64,000 nt of DNA from Octopus sinensis. Taxonomy: Eukaryota. Under the pieces are notes generated by a model. It was not told where the DNA came from, did not search any database, and saw nothing but the letters and a program-made list of their open reading frames with translations. The translations under genes were made by a program, and so were the position numbers. Of the stretch, positions 51,701 to 64,000 are shown in pieces (the first letter of the stretch is position 1; each line of letters begins with the position of its first letter). The DNA lies in contig NC_042998.1 of assembly GCF_006345805.1 (NCBI RefSeq), positions 113,150,001-113,214,000 of the forward strand, written 5' to 3'.

Positions 51701-54700
51701 TGCCTTCGCTATTTTAAGAATGTCATTTGTGATATCTGTTGAATGGAAATTTATACGTATGTTTAAAAAATACCCCTATAAGGGTTGTCTTGCTTGGTTT
51801 TTGTATAATTAGACTGCTGAGTGTTCAGTTTTCTGGTAGAAACACAATGTTTCTTGAATTATTGAATGTCCTGAATAGTGATTAAATCTTTTAGTTTCGT
51901 AGCTTTTAATGTCGTTAGTGTTCTATTGAAGATTGTTTAGATTTTGTGTGTGAAGTGTTTATCTTTAAATCTACTCTGTGCAGACTTTGTGAACCGTGAA
52001 AGCAACGGTACTTTCTGTTGTTATTGTCAGTGTTATTGGTCATTTCCCCTGCAAAATTGTGTATTTTTCTGAAGTATATCTATAAATGTTTGATTGTGAT
52101 TTTGCTTATTTCGACTGTTTTGCAACACATTCGTTTAAGCTTTGTGAATAATTTTGGCCGCTGTAGTTATCTGAAGGTAATTTACACGTGTGTGAAATGT
52201 TTTGCATCATAGGACCGGCTTTCTAATCAAGACAGTCCTTTCTGCTACATTATATTTAGTATTCATCATCATTTCCCGCTATTTCCGCCTACGGCAGAAT
52301 GAGATGGTTGCCACTATAGTATGAATTTGTTATTGGACATACCTCATACTAGTTTTGATCAGTCATCACACTCTCTAGTGCTGATTTAGGGCATGCTGGA
52401 AGAGTTCCCCTTCTCTGAGATTGATTGCTTTCGCCGCAGCTAAGGTGCTCAATCTACCCTTACAAAAATCTGTTAACCTATAGATGGGACTCTGCTGGGC
52501 ACTACCGTTCCAAGTCAGAATGAATAGGGAATAATGGTTTAAAGGGCGTCTCCACGCTCCCCACAACTCCACCGCATGCAGTAAAAATGTCATACCCAGG
52601 GCGTATATTCAGTATTAGTTTATCCTAAATCTAACCCCTCGACTAAGAAGCGGTTAGATTTTCTAGTAACAGAATGGTAATGTCCAGTCCACAGAGATAC
52701 ATGATAACCCCAAGGGCACAGTTTAAAGTCCGAACTCATTAAGAGATCAGTAAATAAAGACTACCTCGATTCAATTGGAGGAAGCTTCTAAACAGTCACT
52801 CAATCTGCAAGAAACTGCTGCTAAATCTTCCTCAAATATTACCTCTCACCCCACTACCATCGTATTCATAAACGGATTAAAACACAAGTGTTATGCAGTA
52901 CTTGGTCTTCATTCATTAAAATTGTCTATTTAACGTTAGTGATAACATGAGAAACAGTTAGCCACAAACAGTTCCGATATCACCCTTTCGTAATATCACA
53001 ATTTCATAATTTCAGTTGTATATTGTGAGATGAGTTACGAGGTTTTAACCGGGCAAAAAGTTACCAAAAGCCGATTAATACTTTTGAAATTGTGTGTATG
53101 TGTTCGTGTGAGAGTTTGTATGTGATCAAGAGTGTGAACGCTTTACGTGTGCATGTGGGGATGAAGCAGTGTATTTTGTAAAGACTAGAAGAAAAAGAAA
53201 AGATCTTGAGATTTTCTTTTGTAGATTATTCACTTTATTAATTTTTTTTCCTTATGAACCAGTGAGAGAACTTTTATTCGGTCGATTGACCATTTAGACA
53301 CAGCAGGTAAATCACTCTCGAATCACATCTCCCTAACTAGGCACATTGAATAATATATTTCTAGATACACTAATGTTCGGTGGGGAAGGATAGAATAGTC
53401 ACAGCTGGAGCGCCTTTTATCGCGGCTGACATAAAACTAAATCACCATTATTAAATATCTTTGTTTTTAGTTATCTTCAGATTCTTTTATAACCCCACCT
53501 TCGTGGTCATGAACTGATTAAGAATGTTAAATTGTATCCCGAGTAATGTTTCACGGTGAAGAAATAAACCGGCTTCTTTTCACCTCATTTTGCTCAGTAA
53601 TGAGCTTTGAGTGCTTCCTGAAGTTAAATTTAGTTCGCTGATGTATATACATTCATGTTATAAGTCATGAGTACTACTATCATTTATATAGAAATTTTAG
53701 CCGATGATTTATATCATTATCATCATTTTGACTGAAGTTATTTTTTGTTACTAATTTCATTTACCTCGTAAAATTTATTTTTTTAGATCCTCAAACTCAC
53801 CATCACCCAACTTATTCATAACAGCTACCTAATTTTCCAGACATAAGGCTGAGGGATCAAACCTAAGACGTCATTATTGCGAAATGAGCTTACGGCCTTG
53901 CACATACATATACGAATAGCTGACACCACGAGTTTCTCTGGTTCTACCCCCTCCCCCCAGTTGTCTAGCTCACAATTCATCCACCCATGTTCTCCACCCA
54001 ATTCTTAGGAGGGACATTTGGGATAGAGTTCTCCGACAGCACCTCCTCCATAGGGTCCTATCAGAAATAACCGTCATTGTACTTGGGATTCCCAAACGTG
54101 ACCGACTGAGACTATCTCCCTCGCAGTCTCCCTCTAAGTCTCCTGCCAGTTGGTTCGGTTTGAAGAATTTGATTTGCTATCCTTTCCTACGACATTCTAG
54201 TCACATGTCCGTTGTACCATAGCTGTGACCTCTCAAAGAGGAGAAATAGCGACCTGGAGAGATTTCTGGATCCCCGAGCAACAAACCCTGTCGAGTAATG
54301 TTAATTCAGAGATCCTTTGGTTAAACCCCATTTCGGTGGCTTGTATTCACGATCGCACTCTTTCGGTCATTATATCCAACGTTCATACGAGGATAGGCCC
54401 TATAAAAAGGTTACTGACTCTTCCTCAACTAGATCTAAAACCAAAACTGACCCTTTCGCATCGCGTCTTCGATTTTACTTTGCAATTTGTCAAAGGAGAT
54501 ACTTTTTATTGAATACTCTTACGAAATTGGTAAATGAAAAATCGCTGTAGTTTTTGTCTGTCGCCCTTTCTATGCATTTGTTACCGGCATAAAGGCCCAG
54601 TTCTTTGGTGTCTTCTGTATTTACATACCTCTTTCCTACTTTTAGTACTTCATCACTGTCGGGTTTTACGAGTTTTCATTTATTTTAAGTGTTTTTTTCC

Positions 54701-56454
54701 TTTACGAATGAACTCGGGATTTTTAAATACCGCTTCCAAATGTTGTGCAAATTTTGCATAAAATGCTCCAAACGATCTCTCCATCAGCTCAACTCTTTTT
54801 GTACATCACCTTTTTATCTTTATATGCATTGGTTGTTTCTCTAGACTTTCCCTCGATTTCAAGGACTGGCATGAAAAGGTTGTGACTATTGCACTTCGAG
54901 TAGTCTCCTATTTTAACGAGTGGGTTTTTGTTCTTTTGTATTTGGACTTGTTTGTACCGTTTAGCTTTGACAGTATCATCCGGATTGTTCAGTCTCTCCC
55001 TCCCCCCCTCTCTTTCTTTCTGACAGAGACAGACGCGCACATTAGGAGAGAGGCAGCGATTTCGATCAGCTGATTTAGTAATCAGCAAAAAGAACTTGGT
55101 GTTACAGATCGGAGATACTTTGCGTTTTATTTTCTTGCAGCATGAGTGGATGTTACGACTTTCACCTCCTGAAACAAGAGTCGTAACATCTAGCCAGGTT
55201 GGAAGAAAATATTCTCCCCACCCCATATTAAGGTGCCTAAGTTGTTACTGTAGGATAGTGCCAACCCCTTAGATAAAATTAACTGGGTTTTACACAAACA
55301 CTAGTTTCGTCGTCAAGTTATTCCTAATGGTGAAAGATTGAGGATTAACCAGAATCGTATTTGTAGTTTATTGTGTTTTAGATCATTGACGGGGAATCGT
55401 CTTTCCCGTTTTTCTTTAATAAACTACTGTGAGGGAACTATAGACATAGCCACATGATTTGGAAGTTCGCTATGCAATCAAGTAATTCCTGCTTCGTCCC
55501 TACTGCGCAATGTTTTGGGTAAGTGTCTTCTACTATAGATTCGAATTAACAAATTCCTTTTGATCATAATTTTGTTCATGGAAATTGTGCAAAAGCCTGT
55601 CGCATGTGTGCGCATCTGTGTATACCGGTGTATTAAGTTGGGTTCTTTTTTCGTTTGTTTTTTATCGAAATGTGATTTTTACCATTCAGTAAATAAATAA
55701 AATAAATGCCAGGCTAAAATAGTTACTCGGGTCGATATAATTAATTTAAAAAACCCCGCAGGCTATCTCAACATGGTCACTGTCTAATAACTAAGAACTG
55801 TAAAAGTGAGTTGCTGTATTAAATGACAACATCGTCTGTGGTACAAAAGTACATGGTCATTCGTTGCGTTAGAAATAGCAGCCAAATCTTCCTACCGTAC
55901 AATGGTGACGCTGCTGATAAATTCAATATTGGTAGTAATTAATCTTCCAGTGAAGGGTCCTGTCTGAAACCACACATCTCACTGCAAGCAAATTTGGAGC
56001 TGTTTGTGTTTATTTCTTGTCGACGCAAGCAAAAAAATTTTTAGTTTCTTTTTAATTTCTCTGAATTACATAGAAATGTTTAGAGGCAACAACCTCTCCA
56101 GATTTCTACGTTATTTCCTCAGCTGAGCTCGTCTATTTAATTCTTAAATAGCTAATAATGTGAGCTGCAGTTTGGAAGCTAACGGTGAATAAATTTTCGC
56201 TAAGAATTACAATTAAATTTTTTAATTTTTATACACGCGCGCGTTTACTGATATAATTGATAACATTGAATATCCGTCTCTTGCTCGTCTGTGCTCCTGA
56301 CATTCATATCAAAAGTAATTAGCTACTGTGGTACTTTTTTGATTTCTTTGAATTTTGTGGAATTTTCTTTTCTTTTTAATTTCTCTGAATTACGTAGAAA
56401 TGTTTAGAGGCAACGTTATTTCCTTTGCTGAGCTCGTCTATTTAATTCTTCTAC

Positions 56455-56770
56455 ACGTTTCAGTCATTTGACTGCGGTCGTGCTGGAACACCGCCTTGGA
56501 GAGTCTAGTCGAATAAATCGACCCCAGGACTTGTTCTTTGTGCTTATTCTGTCGGTCACTTTTGCCGAACCGCTAAGTTATGGGGACGTAAACACACCAG
56601 CACTGGTTAAGCTGTGATGTTGGAACACACACACACATATATATCTCTGACAGTTTCTATCTACAAAAAGCTTGGTCGGCACTTGCCCAAGGTGCCGCAC
56701 AATAGGACTGAACCCGGAACCATGTGGTTAGGAAGCAAGCGTTTTACCACACAGCCACGGCTGCGCCTAT
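56455..56770 (-). mobile_element. tRNA-derived SINE
   Basis: Same family as 46325. Confidence 0.85.
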
Positions 56771-58399
56771 GTATAAATTATTTACAAGTCCATATATCTA
56801 TTTTGCATTTTTTAAAAATACTTAATGATAAAGAGGAACATGTATTTTATTCAGTGAATTTTTTTTTTTTATCATGGGTTTCTACAAGTGCTTCGCAATT
56901 ATACCTGATCGTTGTAAATTCAGTCTCAAGTACTTTATATGTGGTGATATATGGCCTCGTAAATTTTGATGAGGGCTGGTCTGTTATCAAAGGTGTTCCA
57001 GCTACGACCGATTATCTTATCCTTGCTCACACATATCTAGGATTACATATCTGGTAGAGTAGAATTTAGGACAAATTTAGCTGCTATTTCTAAGTAGGTT
57101 GAGCAACTATCTAGAGACTTCCTTGTTGGCTCATAGATAGATTCTTTACACTGTAGGAAGAGAAGGGAAATGTGAATGTGTGACATTCCTACCTTTCCTG
57201 TAAACAGCGTTTATTTGCAGCGTGAGTAGAAGCTGTTAGTGAAACGGTGTCGAGGTGCCTGTGATCTTTCCGGGAGCTTCTTGTTTTGTGAGTTTCACCA
57301 TGTGATTTCATATTGAGTTCCAACTTTGATAATGGGAAAGAATTAGTGGAAAACAAATAAATTTGATTCTATCAACCATAGAGGAATAAGAGGTGAAATC
57401 GAGCTGTGAACATGTTGGGTTGGAGGGGTGAAAATACTGAAAGACCTGTATTATTTTTGGTACTTTATGTATTCTATGGCAACGGAGAGTATGCGATAGA
57501 AATACTGGACTAGGTTAGTTTATAAAAGTCCTGTCAAATCTCACCAGAACTGTCATTCTCAGGCCTTTAGAAGTGTTGTCCTTCTCCGGTCAAACAGCTC
57601 TAAATCTTCCAGATGTCTGTATGTCTCCGCCTTTTTGACGTCCTCGCCACGCATTGGGCCAGTTGTTTAGACCAAGGTCAAACTTGAACAGACACATGGA
57701 GACCACTCCACTCGTAACCATATCTTCTAGAATCGTATGATCCTCACTTTATACACTGTTCTTTTTAGAAGACTGTAGGGTGTGACTTGAGGAAGATTTG
57801 TCTGCTATTTCTAACAGGTTGCTTCACAACGTAGAGAATTTAATTGACGTGAATAAATATTAGCTATATAACTAAGGTGAAGTCGCCCGAGTTACTCTCT
57901 CTCTCTCTCTCTGCACAAAAACGTTTTAGTGCGCGTGGCTGAACGATTTAAATCAGGTCTGCTTGTGTTGGGTTTCACCTGGAGCTAACAACTCACTCAT
58001 ACTTTCGCGTCCACCCCGCCCCCTCTGTTTTGTATATCTCCTTCATTTACTATCTCTCTCTATCTCCCTTCACTCCTTCACTCGAGTGAACCTGACTAAC
58101 AAGTGACACTGGAAAACTAAAGTCTGTGCTTGAGCAGCTGCTATTTTTGTTTTAAGAGCATTGAACTAGTTCCGCTATAAAATAACTTTTAAAGCAAGCA
58201 TTCGTTTTAACGACTCCATATTAAATGTTCCAGTTATTTATGCATGTTGAGTTTAATATCAACTAACGTAGATCTGCCTTTAGGAAATCTTTCGAATTTG
58301 TAGGTGTGAATGAATAGAAGTAGCGGGAGTAAGGTTAAATTAGCATCTTGTGTCTTGTAAGTTAAGGCTGTAGATGACCGAGTATATATCATTATGTTG

Positions 58400-58600
58400 T
58401 TATTGATATTTAATACAAGACAGCGAATTGGCGGCAGAATCGCGAGCGCGTCGGACAAAATGATTAGCATTTGTTCAAATGTTGCCGAGGTCGACTTTGC
58501 CGTTCATCCTTTCGAGGTCAGTCAAGCACCGGGGTCGATGCAATCGACCACTCCACCCTTCAAAATTGTTGGTCTTGTGCCAAACTTGGGATATTTAATG
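58400..58600 (+). mobile_element. tRNA-derived SINE
   Basis: cagcgaattggcggcagaatc...gttcaaatgttgccgaggtcgactttgccgttcatcc. Confidence 0.8.
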
Positions 58601-58984
58601 TGATCGACTTGAAAAAGGATGACGGACAAATTTGAACTGGGCATCGAACCGAGCGGGACTAAGTGTCCAAAGTGTTTCAGTGTGTCATCAACCTACACGA
58701 GAGCATCTACTTGTATGTGCCATTAAGCTTGCTAGAAATACCAACCAACACTTCCTGAAATTACATCCCGTTAATGTAGTCCGACGTGTAATAACGTGCC
58801 TGAAAACAAAATTGGATGGTCGTGGCTGGCTGGCTGGGATGATTTTCTTTAACCATTGCTCTGATCGCAAAAGCATGTACAGGAAAATGTTTTAATAACT
58901 ACACAACTGTTTTCTCTCTCTCTTAAAAGTCCCTAACTGAAAGCTCAGAACTCAACTCCATTTTATTTATCTTCATCTTTCATC

Positions 58985-59660
58985 TGTTTCAGTCATTCAA
59001 CTGCAGCCATACCTTGAAGAATCTTTAGTCGAACGGATCGACTCCAATACTTTCTTTCTCCTTCTTTTAGCTTGGTACTTATTCTACCGATCTGTTTTTC
59101 TGTACCATTACTGGGACGTAAGCAAACCAGTAGTCAAGCGGGGATGGAGCAAGCACATACACACACACACTTCTTTCAATTTCGGTCTACCAAATCTACT
59201 CACAAGGCCAGTAGAAGACACTTGGCCAAGATGCCACGCAGTGGGACTAAACTCGAAACCAAGTTTTTGGGAAGCAAACTTCTTATCACACGGCCACGCC
59301 TAACTTATTTTACGGTGGCTATGTGGTTCCGGGTTCAGTCCCACCGCGTGGCACCTTGGACAAGTGTCTTCTACTATAGCCTCGGGCCGACCAAAGCCTT
59401 GTGAGTGGATTTGGTAGACGGAAACTGAAAGAAGCCCGCCGTATATATATATGTGTGTGTGTCTGTCTGTCCCCCCCCCCCGACCGTCGCTTGACAACCG
59501 ATATTGGTGTGTCTACACCCCCGTAACTTAGCGGTTCGGCAAAGACACCCATAGAATAAGTAGTGGGCTTACAAAGAATAAGTCCTGGAGTCGATTTGTT
59601 CGACTAAAGGTGGTGCTCCAGCATGGCCGCAGTCAAATGACTGAAACGAATAAAAGAATA
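58985..59660. mobile_element. Head-to-head inverted pair of same-family SINEs
   Basis: Minus copy 58985-59300 and plus copy 59312-59660, separated by about 10-20 nt. Confidence 0.85.
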
Positions 59661-60018
59661 ACTGTTTATTTATTTATTTTGCTTTGGCAAAAATTAGTCC
59701 ATAAAAATTTGCGACCACGGGATTAAAGCCCACACTCTCTCAAATAAGTGCCCGGAAATGTTGGTTTTCTTTCACTCATCAGTCAATTTATTGAAATTGG
59801 TGATCAGGTGTAATTTCGAAGGAAACTTGTCTGCTATTTTAAGCAAGTCGAGCTACCGTGTTGACATTCCCTCATTTCCTCGCCGCAAGTAGTGGTGGTG
59901 ATAGTAGCGGTAGGTTTATGAAGCAGTCGCAGTTGTAAAATCTAGCACCCCTTGTATGCTTGGTCCATGACGTCCCCGTTTGGCTACCATTGTAACATTA
60001 ATCACTTCATCTTTATAT

Positions 60019-60406
60019 GGGGCTGATGTAGGTTCGCACCTGACCTTGAAAAATGCATTTTTCTGAAAAAGTTTGTGATTCTTAGGTTTTACATGTCGGA
60101 GATTGCGAATATGCCAAAAACAACAAAAAAAAAAAATTTCCCCCCCAAAATTTTTAACTCCCCACACACACAACCTACCCCCTACATCCCCAATTTTAAA
60201 TGTATTGTTGTATATTAAAGAATGTATGTAACGCGGAAAAACACCTAGTGCACTTTACATACCTGCTTTAATGAAATATTCACACATATATAACAAATAC
60301 ATTTAATTTTTTTAAATTTTTTTTTTGCAAATTCGTAATCTCTGATACCTAGGAATCCGAATACATTTTATTTTTCAAGGTCAGGTGCGAAAATCTCCTT
60401 AGCCCC
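60019..60406. mobile_element. Unclassified MITE or fold-back element
   Basis: Perfect 21-bp inverted repeat tcgcacctgaccttgaaaaat (60034-60054 / 60370-60390), with weaker inverted similarity inward and ggggct/agcccc at the outer ends. Confidence 0.8.
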
Positions 60407-62209
60407 TTGGGTGCTTAATGCTCGTTACATACATTGTTGTCCGGAAATTTAGATATCAAGGCTTGTTTGTGACCCGTTTCAAAATGCTTTTGGCGGCTGT
60501 AGTTAGCAGGTGGTGCATATAAATAGAATCTTTTTATTAAAGAGAGCGAGTGAATTGCCTTTGTTGAATTAAGACTAGTTTTCGTAGGGTGGACTACATT
60601 TTCCATTATAGCGTTACAATCAACTCGTAGGCAGTGAATGAGCAGAATTGTCAGAGCCTTTCTGCGGTAGTCATTCGCTCGGTTGTCTGCGCTCCGAGTT
60701 CAGATCCAGCTGAGGCCAACTTCGCCTTCCAGCCTTTGGAAGTCGATAAACAAATCAATTACTAGTCCGGTATTGGAGTTGATTCTTTTCTCTCCTCAAA
60801 TACCTCTATAATTCAAGAGTGCAGTCGTGTCACGCTAATTCAACATGTGGATTTACATGAGTACATACTTACATTCTTCTGTATGTCACTGGGCCATTTA
60901 TACATTAATTTCACAGGCATAAATTCAATTAGCCGAACAGTGTTGAAGCCAATAGCTTAGTCCTGATATCATTTAATAGTGATAGTGAAATGCTTGTGAT
61001 TTTTCTTTTTAGAAAATAGCATTCGAAATTTAGCGGAGGATTTTGTGTAAAGCCAATCATCATTAGCACCGACCTCCTCTCCCCACTCTCAAGCTAACAG
61101 AGAATTTCGCGCGCGTGCGCACACACGCTACATGGAAAATATCGCGGTGTATGAGATTAGGAAACGACCACCTTGGATATAAAAAAAAATATCAGCATAT
61201 GTTATTTAGCATCAGGTGAACCCAGATTGAGAAGGCCTGTGATTTTCATAGTTGTGACTACACGTTTTTGTGTGTATCATGAACTACATTGTCCAATGTA
61301 GCAGTCTTTTTAAAAAAAAATTTTTTAAGGTTTGTGGGACATTTGGCTGCTATTTCGAGTAACTTGGGCGACCACATAGAAGCTCCCACGTTGGCTCAAA
61401 GTAATATTATGTATAACTAGTTGTGGTGGGGAGAGTATTGTCAAAGGAACTTCGATATTAAAATCTTTTGGAATTGTTTTTTGTAGAAATATCATGTCGC
61501 GGTTGTATAGTTCAGAAGTTCGCTGCCCCACCATATGATTTTGGGTTCGTTCATACTTTGTGACACTGGTCGACCAAAGATTTGTGAGTGAAAATCGGTG
61601 GACGGAAATGTATGGATGTCTGTGAGAAATGTCTTGGGTGGCGTGAAAGCCTCTCAGAAATATCGTTCTTGTTCTTAGACTGAAACTTGTACTCGGTTTA
61701 TCGTTTCCACCTGCTACTTGAGTATATTTAGCGGAGTCTGTTCTGTAGTAAACATTCGAAATAGGTCTCCGATCTATAAATTCCTTGCGCTAAAAAGGGT
61801 TCTGTTTTTCCTACTCCCAAGTCATTTAAAAAGAAAAAATTGTGAAAATGCAAGATAAATATTAGTACTCCTTTCTTTCTTTCTGTTTTCCATATCTAAA
61901 TAAGCCTTCGGGAAAGTTTGCATTCTTACTGTTGAAACAGGTATTTGGTGTGGAAATTTTTTTTTCAACCTGTTATAATGTTTCTTGCTCAATACAGATA
62001 TCAGAGAAGAATTATTAAAGATTTTCATTGTCAATAACGACAAAGTGAAATCAGCTCCATAAGTTGGGTGATAGTGACACTATTTGAAATACTTTTATAA
62101 TTTTAGGACATGTCAGCGTGCCGAATGCCATTGGTACGAAAAATTAATTAAACATTCCTTAATTTTACAGTGTTTTTGTTAATATTAGTGATGAAAATGT
62201 ACGTAACTT

Positions 62210-62769
62210 CTCAAGGGTGGTTGAGAGCTAGCTGAATGGTTCCAGCGCTGGGTAAAATGCATAGTGGCATTTCGTCCGAGTTTTGAGTTCAAATTCCGCT
62301 GAGGTCGACTTTGCCTTTTATCCATTCGGGATCGATGGTATCGATTAACCCCCTCCCTCAAAACTTTCAGTCCCTGTACATGTTGTAGAAAGGATAACTT
62401 ATATTAACTAGTAACTAGACTGAGCTAGGCTTCTTGGCTAGCAGTAAGATGTTAAAACTGTCAAGATCCCGTCTTAGGTTGAATCTTGTTAAAACACCCG
62501 CTTCAACATCGTTTATATTTGATAAATAAACTTCCATGAAGAACTTTGATAGAGAAGTTGCTTAACTAGGTTTATCGAATGGTAGAAACAGCAAAATACT
62601 GGACTAACTACTACATAACATAGTAATTAATTGATTAGCCTGTTCAATTTATTGCATATGCTATTTTTGCCGTTGCGTCCATCCCTTTGTAATCGATAAA
62701 GTAAATCCATATATTAGGTGGATCTAATCGATTACACAACACCGCTTCTCATTGTCCTGTGTCATAAAC

Positions 62770-62806
<37 letters not shown>

Positions 62807-63640
62807 GGCGGTGAGCTGGCAGAAACGTTAGCACGCCGGGCGAAATGCGTAGCCGTATTTCGTTTGCCGTTACGTTCTGAGTTCAAATTCCGCCGAGGTC
62901 GACTTTGCCTTTCATCCTTTCGGGGTCGAAAAATTAAGTACCAGTTACGCACTGGGTCGATGTAATCGACTTAATCCGTTTGTCTGTCCTTGTTTGTCCT
63001 CTCTGTGTTTAGCCCCTTGTGGGTTGTAAAGATATAAGTATTTCTCCCGTCGCCATGTTCTGAGTTCAAATTCCACCGATGTCGACTTTGCCTTTCATCC
63101 TTTCGGGGTTGATAAATTAAGCACCAGTGAAACACCGTAATCGAGTAATCCCCCCCCCAAATTTCAGGCCTTGTGCCTAAAGTAGAAAGGATTATTATTA
63201 TTATTATTATTAGTAGTAGTAGTAGTAGTTTTAGCTTGTCCCTTTCTCAGAATTGCTGGCCTTGTGCCAAAATTAGAAAGAATTATTGATATTATTTAGC
63301 GGCGAGCTGGCAGAATCATTAACTCACCGGACAAAATGCTTAGCGGCATTTTTTTCCGGCTTTATTCTAAGTTCAAATGCCGCCGATGTCAGCTCTGCTT
63401 TCCATTCTTTCGAGACATCTGAGCACTGGGGTGATATAATCGACCATCCCCCTCCAAGTTCCAGACATTGTAGTAGTAGTAGTGGATTAAAAAGTCATTA
63501 GAGCGTCGGAAAATGCCTTGTGGTACTTCCGGTTCTTTACGTTCTAAGTTTAAATCCCTCTAAGATGAACTTTATTTTTTTGTGGGGTCGATTCTTTCGA
63601 CTAACCCCTCTTTCAAAATTGAAATAAGTAACATTTGTTA
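62210..63640 (+). mobile_element. Head-to-tail chain of about five SINE copies separated by (TTA)n/(TAG)n
   Basis: Repeated gttctgagttcaaattcc..gtcgactttgcctttcatcc cores at ~62285, 62875, 63058, 63368 and 63540. The youngest copy starts at 62806. Confidence 0.9.
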
Positions 63641-63649
63641 CTATTAGAT

Positions 63650-64000
63650 AACTGCCAGAAAACTCTGCCCTGGAAGTGCTGCCGGAGGGCATTACCAGCT
63701 CGAGATGATAAATCTCTTCGGGCCCGTCCGATATACGCGCGAAGTGACGAAACTGCTCTGCACGCGCACATTGTGTCAGAGCGTTACTTTTGTCTATCAG
63801 CTGCTGTTGCAAGTGGGACAGATCTATCAACTAGGCCGAGTTCATCGTGAAGATTGCCGAGAAGGACGGTCAGTTTGCTCTTTTTTGACCGAGAAGGGCG
63901 GTCAGTTTGCTCTTTTTTGGCCGAGAAGGACGGTAAGTTTTCTCTTTTTTGGCCGAGAAGGACGGTCAATTTTCTCTGTCTGGTAGCTATGGCGAAATAG
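63650..64000 (+). mobile_element. Tx1/L1 LINE C-terminal zinc-finger region
   Basis: QKTLPWKCCRRALPARD...SDETALHAH and terminal FLCLVAMAK. Confidence 0.65.
63857..63977. repeat. 32-bp minisatellite, about four units
   Basis: ccgagaaggacggtcagtttgctcttttttg(a/g) starting at 63857, 63889, 63921 and 63953. Confidence 0.95.

Noticed and set aside
54789-55226. 145-aa minus-strand ORF
   Set aside because: Crosses GA/C low-complexity tracts and has no domain signature.
62806-62900. tRNA gene
   Set aside because: A/B-box-like head continues into a SINE body and recurs many times; no complete cloverleaf.
63857-63977. 32-bp repeats as a CRISPR array
   Set aside because: Units are contiguous with no spacers, there are no cas genes, and the context is eukaryotic.

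Overview
This is eukaryotic, AT-rich, repeat-dense DNA that looks like octopus (cephalopod) genome. That assignment is inference from the tRNA-derived SINE families, RTE LINE 3' ends with (GAT)n tails, Tx1/L1, Penelope and RLE-type LINE remnants, and long (TA)n/(GA)n/(TTA)n microsatellites. There is no CRISPR array, rRNA, true tRNA or prokaryotic operon. No transposon ORF is intact: nearly all listed ORFs are decayed transposon proteins, antisense shadows of them, or translated microsatellites. The clearest elements are a Tc1 copy with TIRs and an internal ~540-bp tandem duplication, several RTE copies with a PHD-like finger, two Tx1/L1 fragments, a Penelope GIY-YIG remnant, CRE-like and R4/Dong-like endonuclease remnants, and several MITEs, one with a clean 8-bp TSD. 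Host genes can only be suggested from splice signals and two CpG-rich promoter-like regions (~13 kb and ~50.5 kb); no host protein was recognised. The most interesting structure is the alternation of CpG-poor and CpG-rich domains (probably a gene-body methylation footprint) and a cluster of three fold-back inverted repeats just left of the 13-kb promoter-like region. Adjacent inverted SINE pairs and candidate micro-exons are also present. I did not find a demonstrably new biological system; the findings are hypotheses from reading by eye, and coordinates of decayed elements are approximate.
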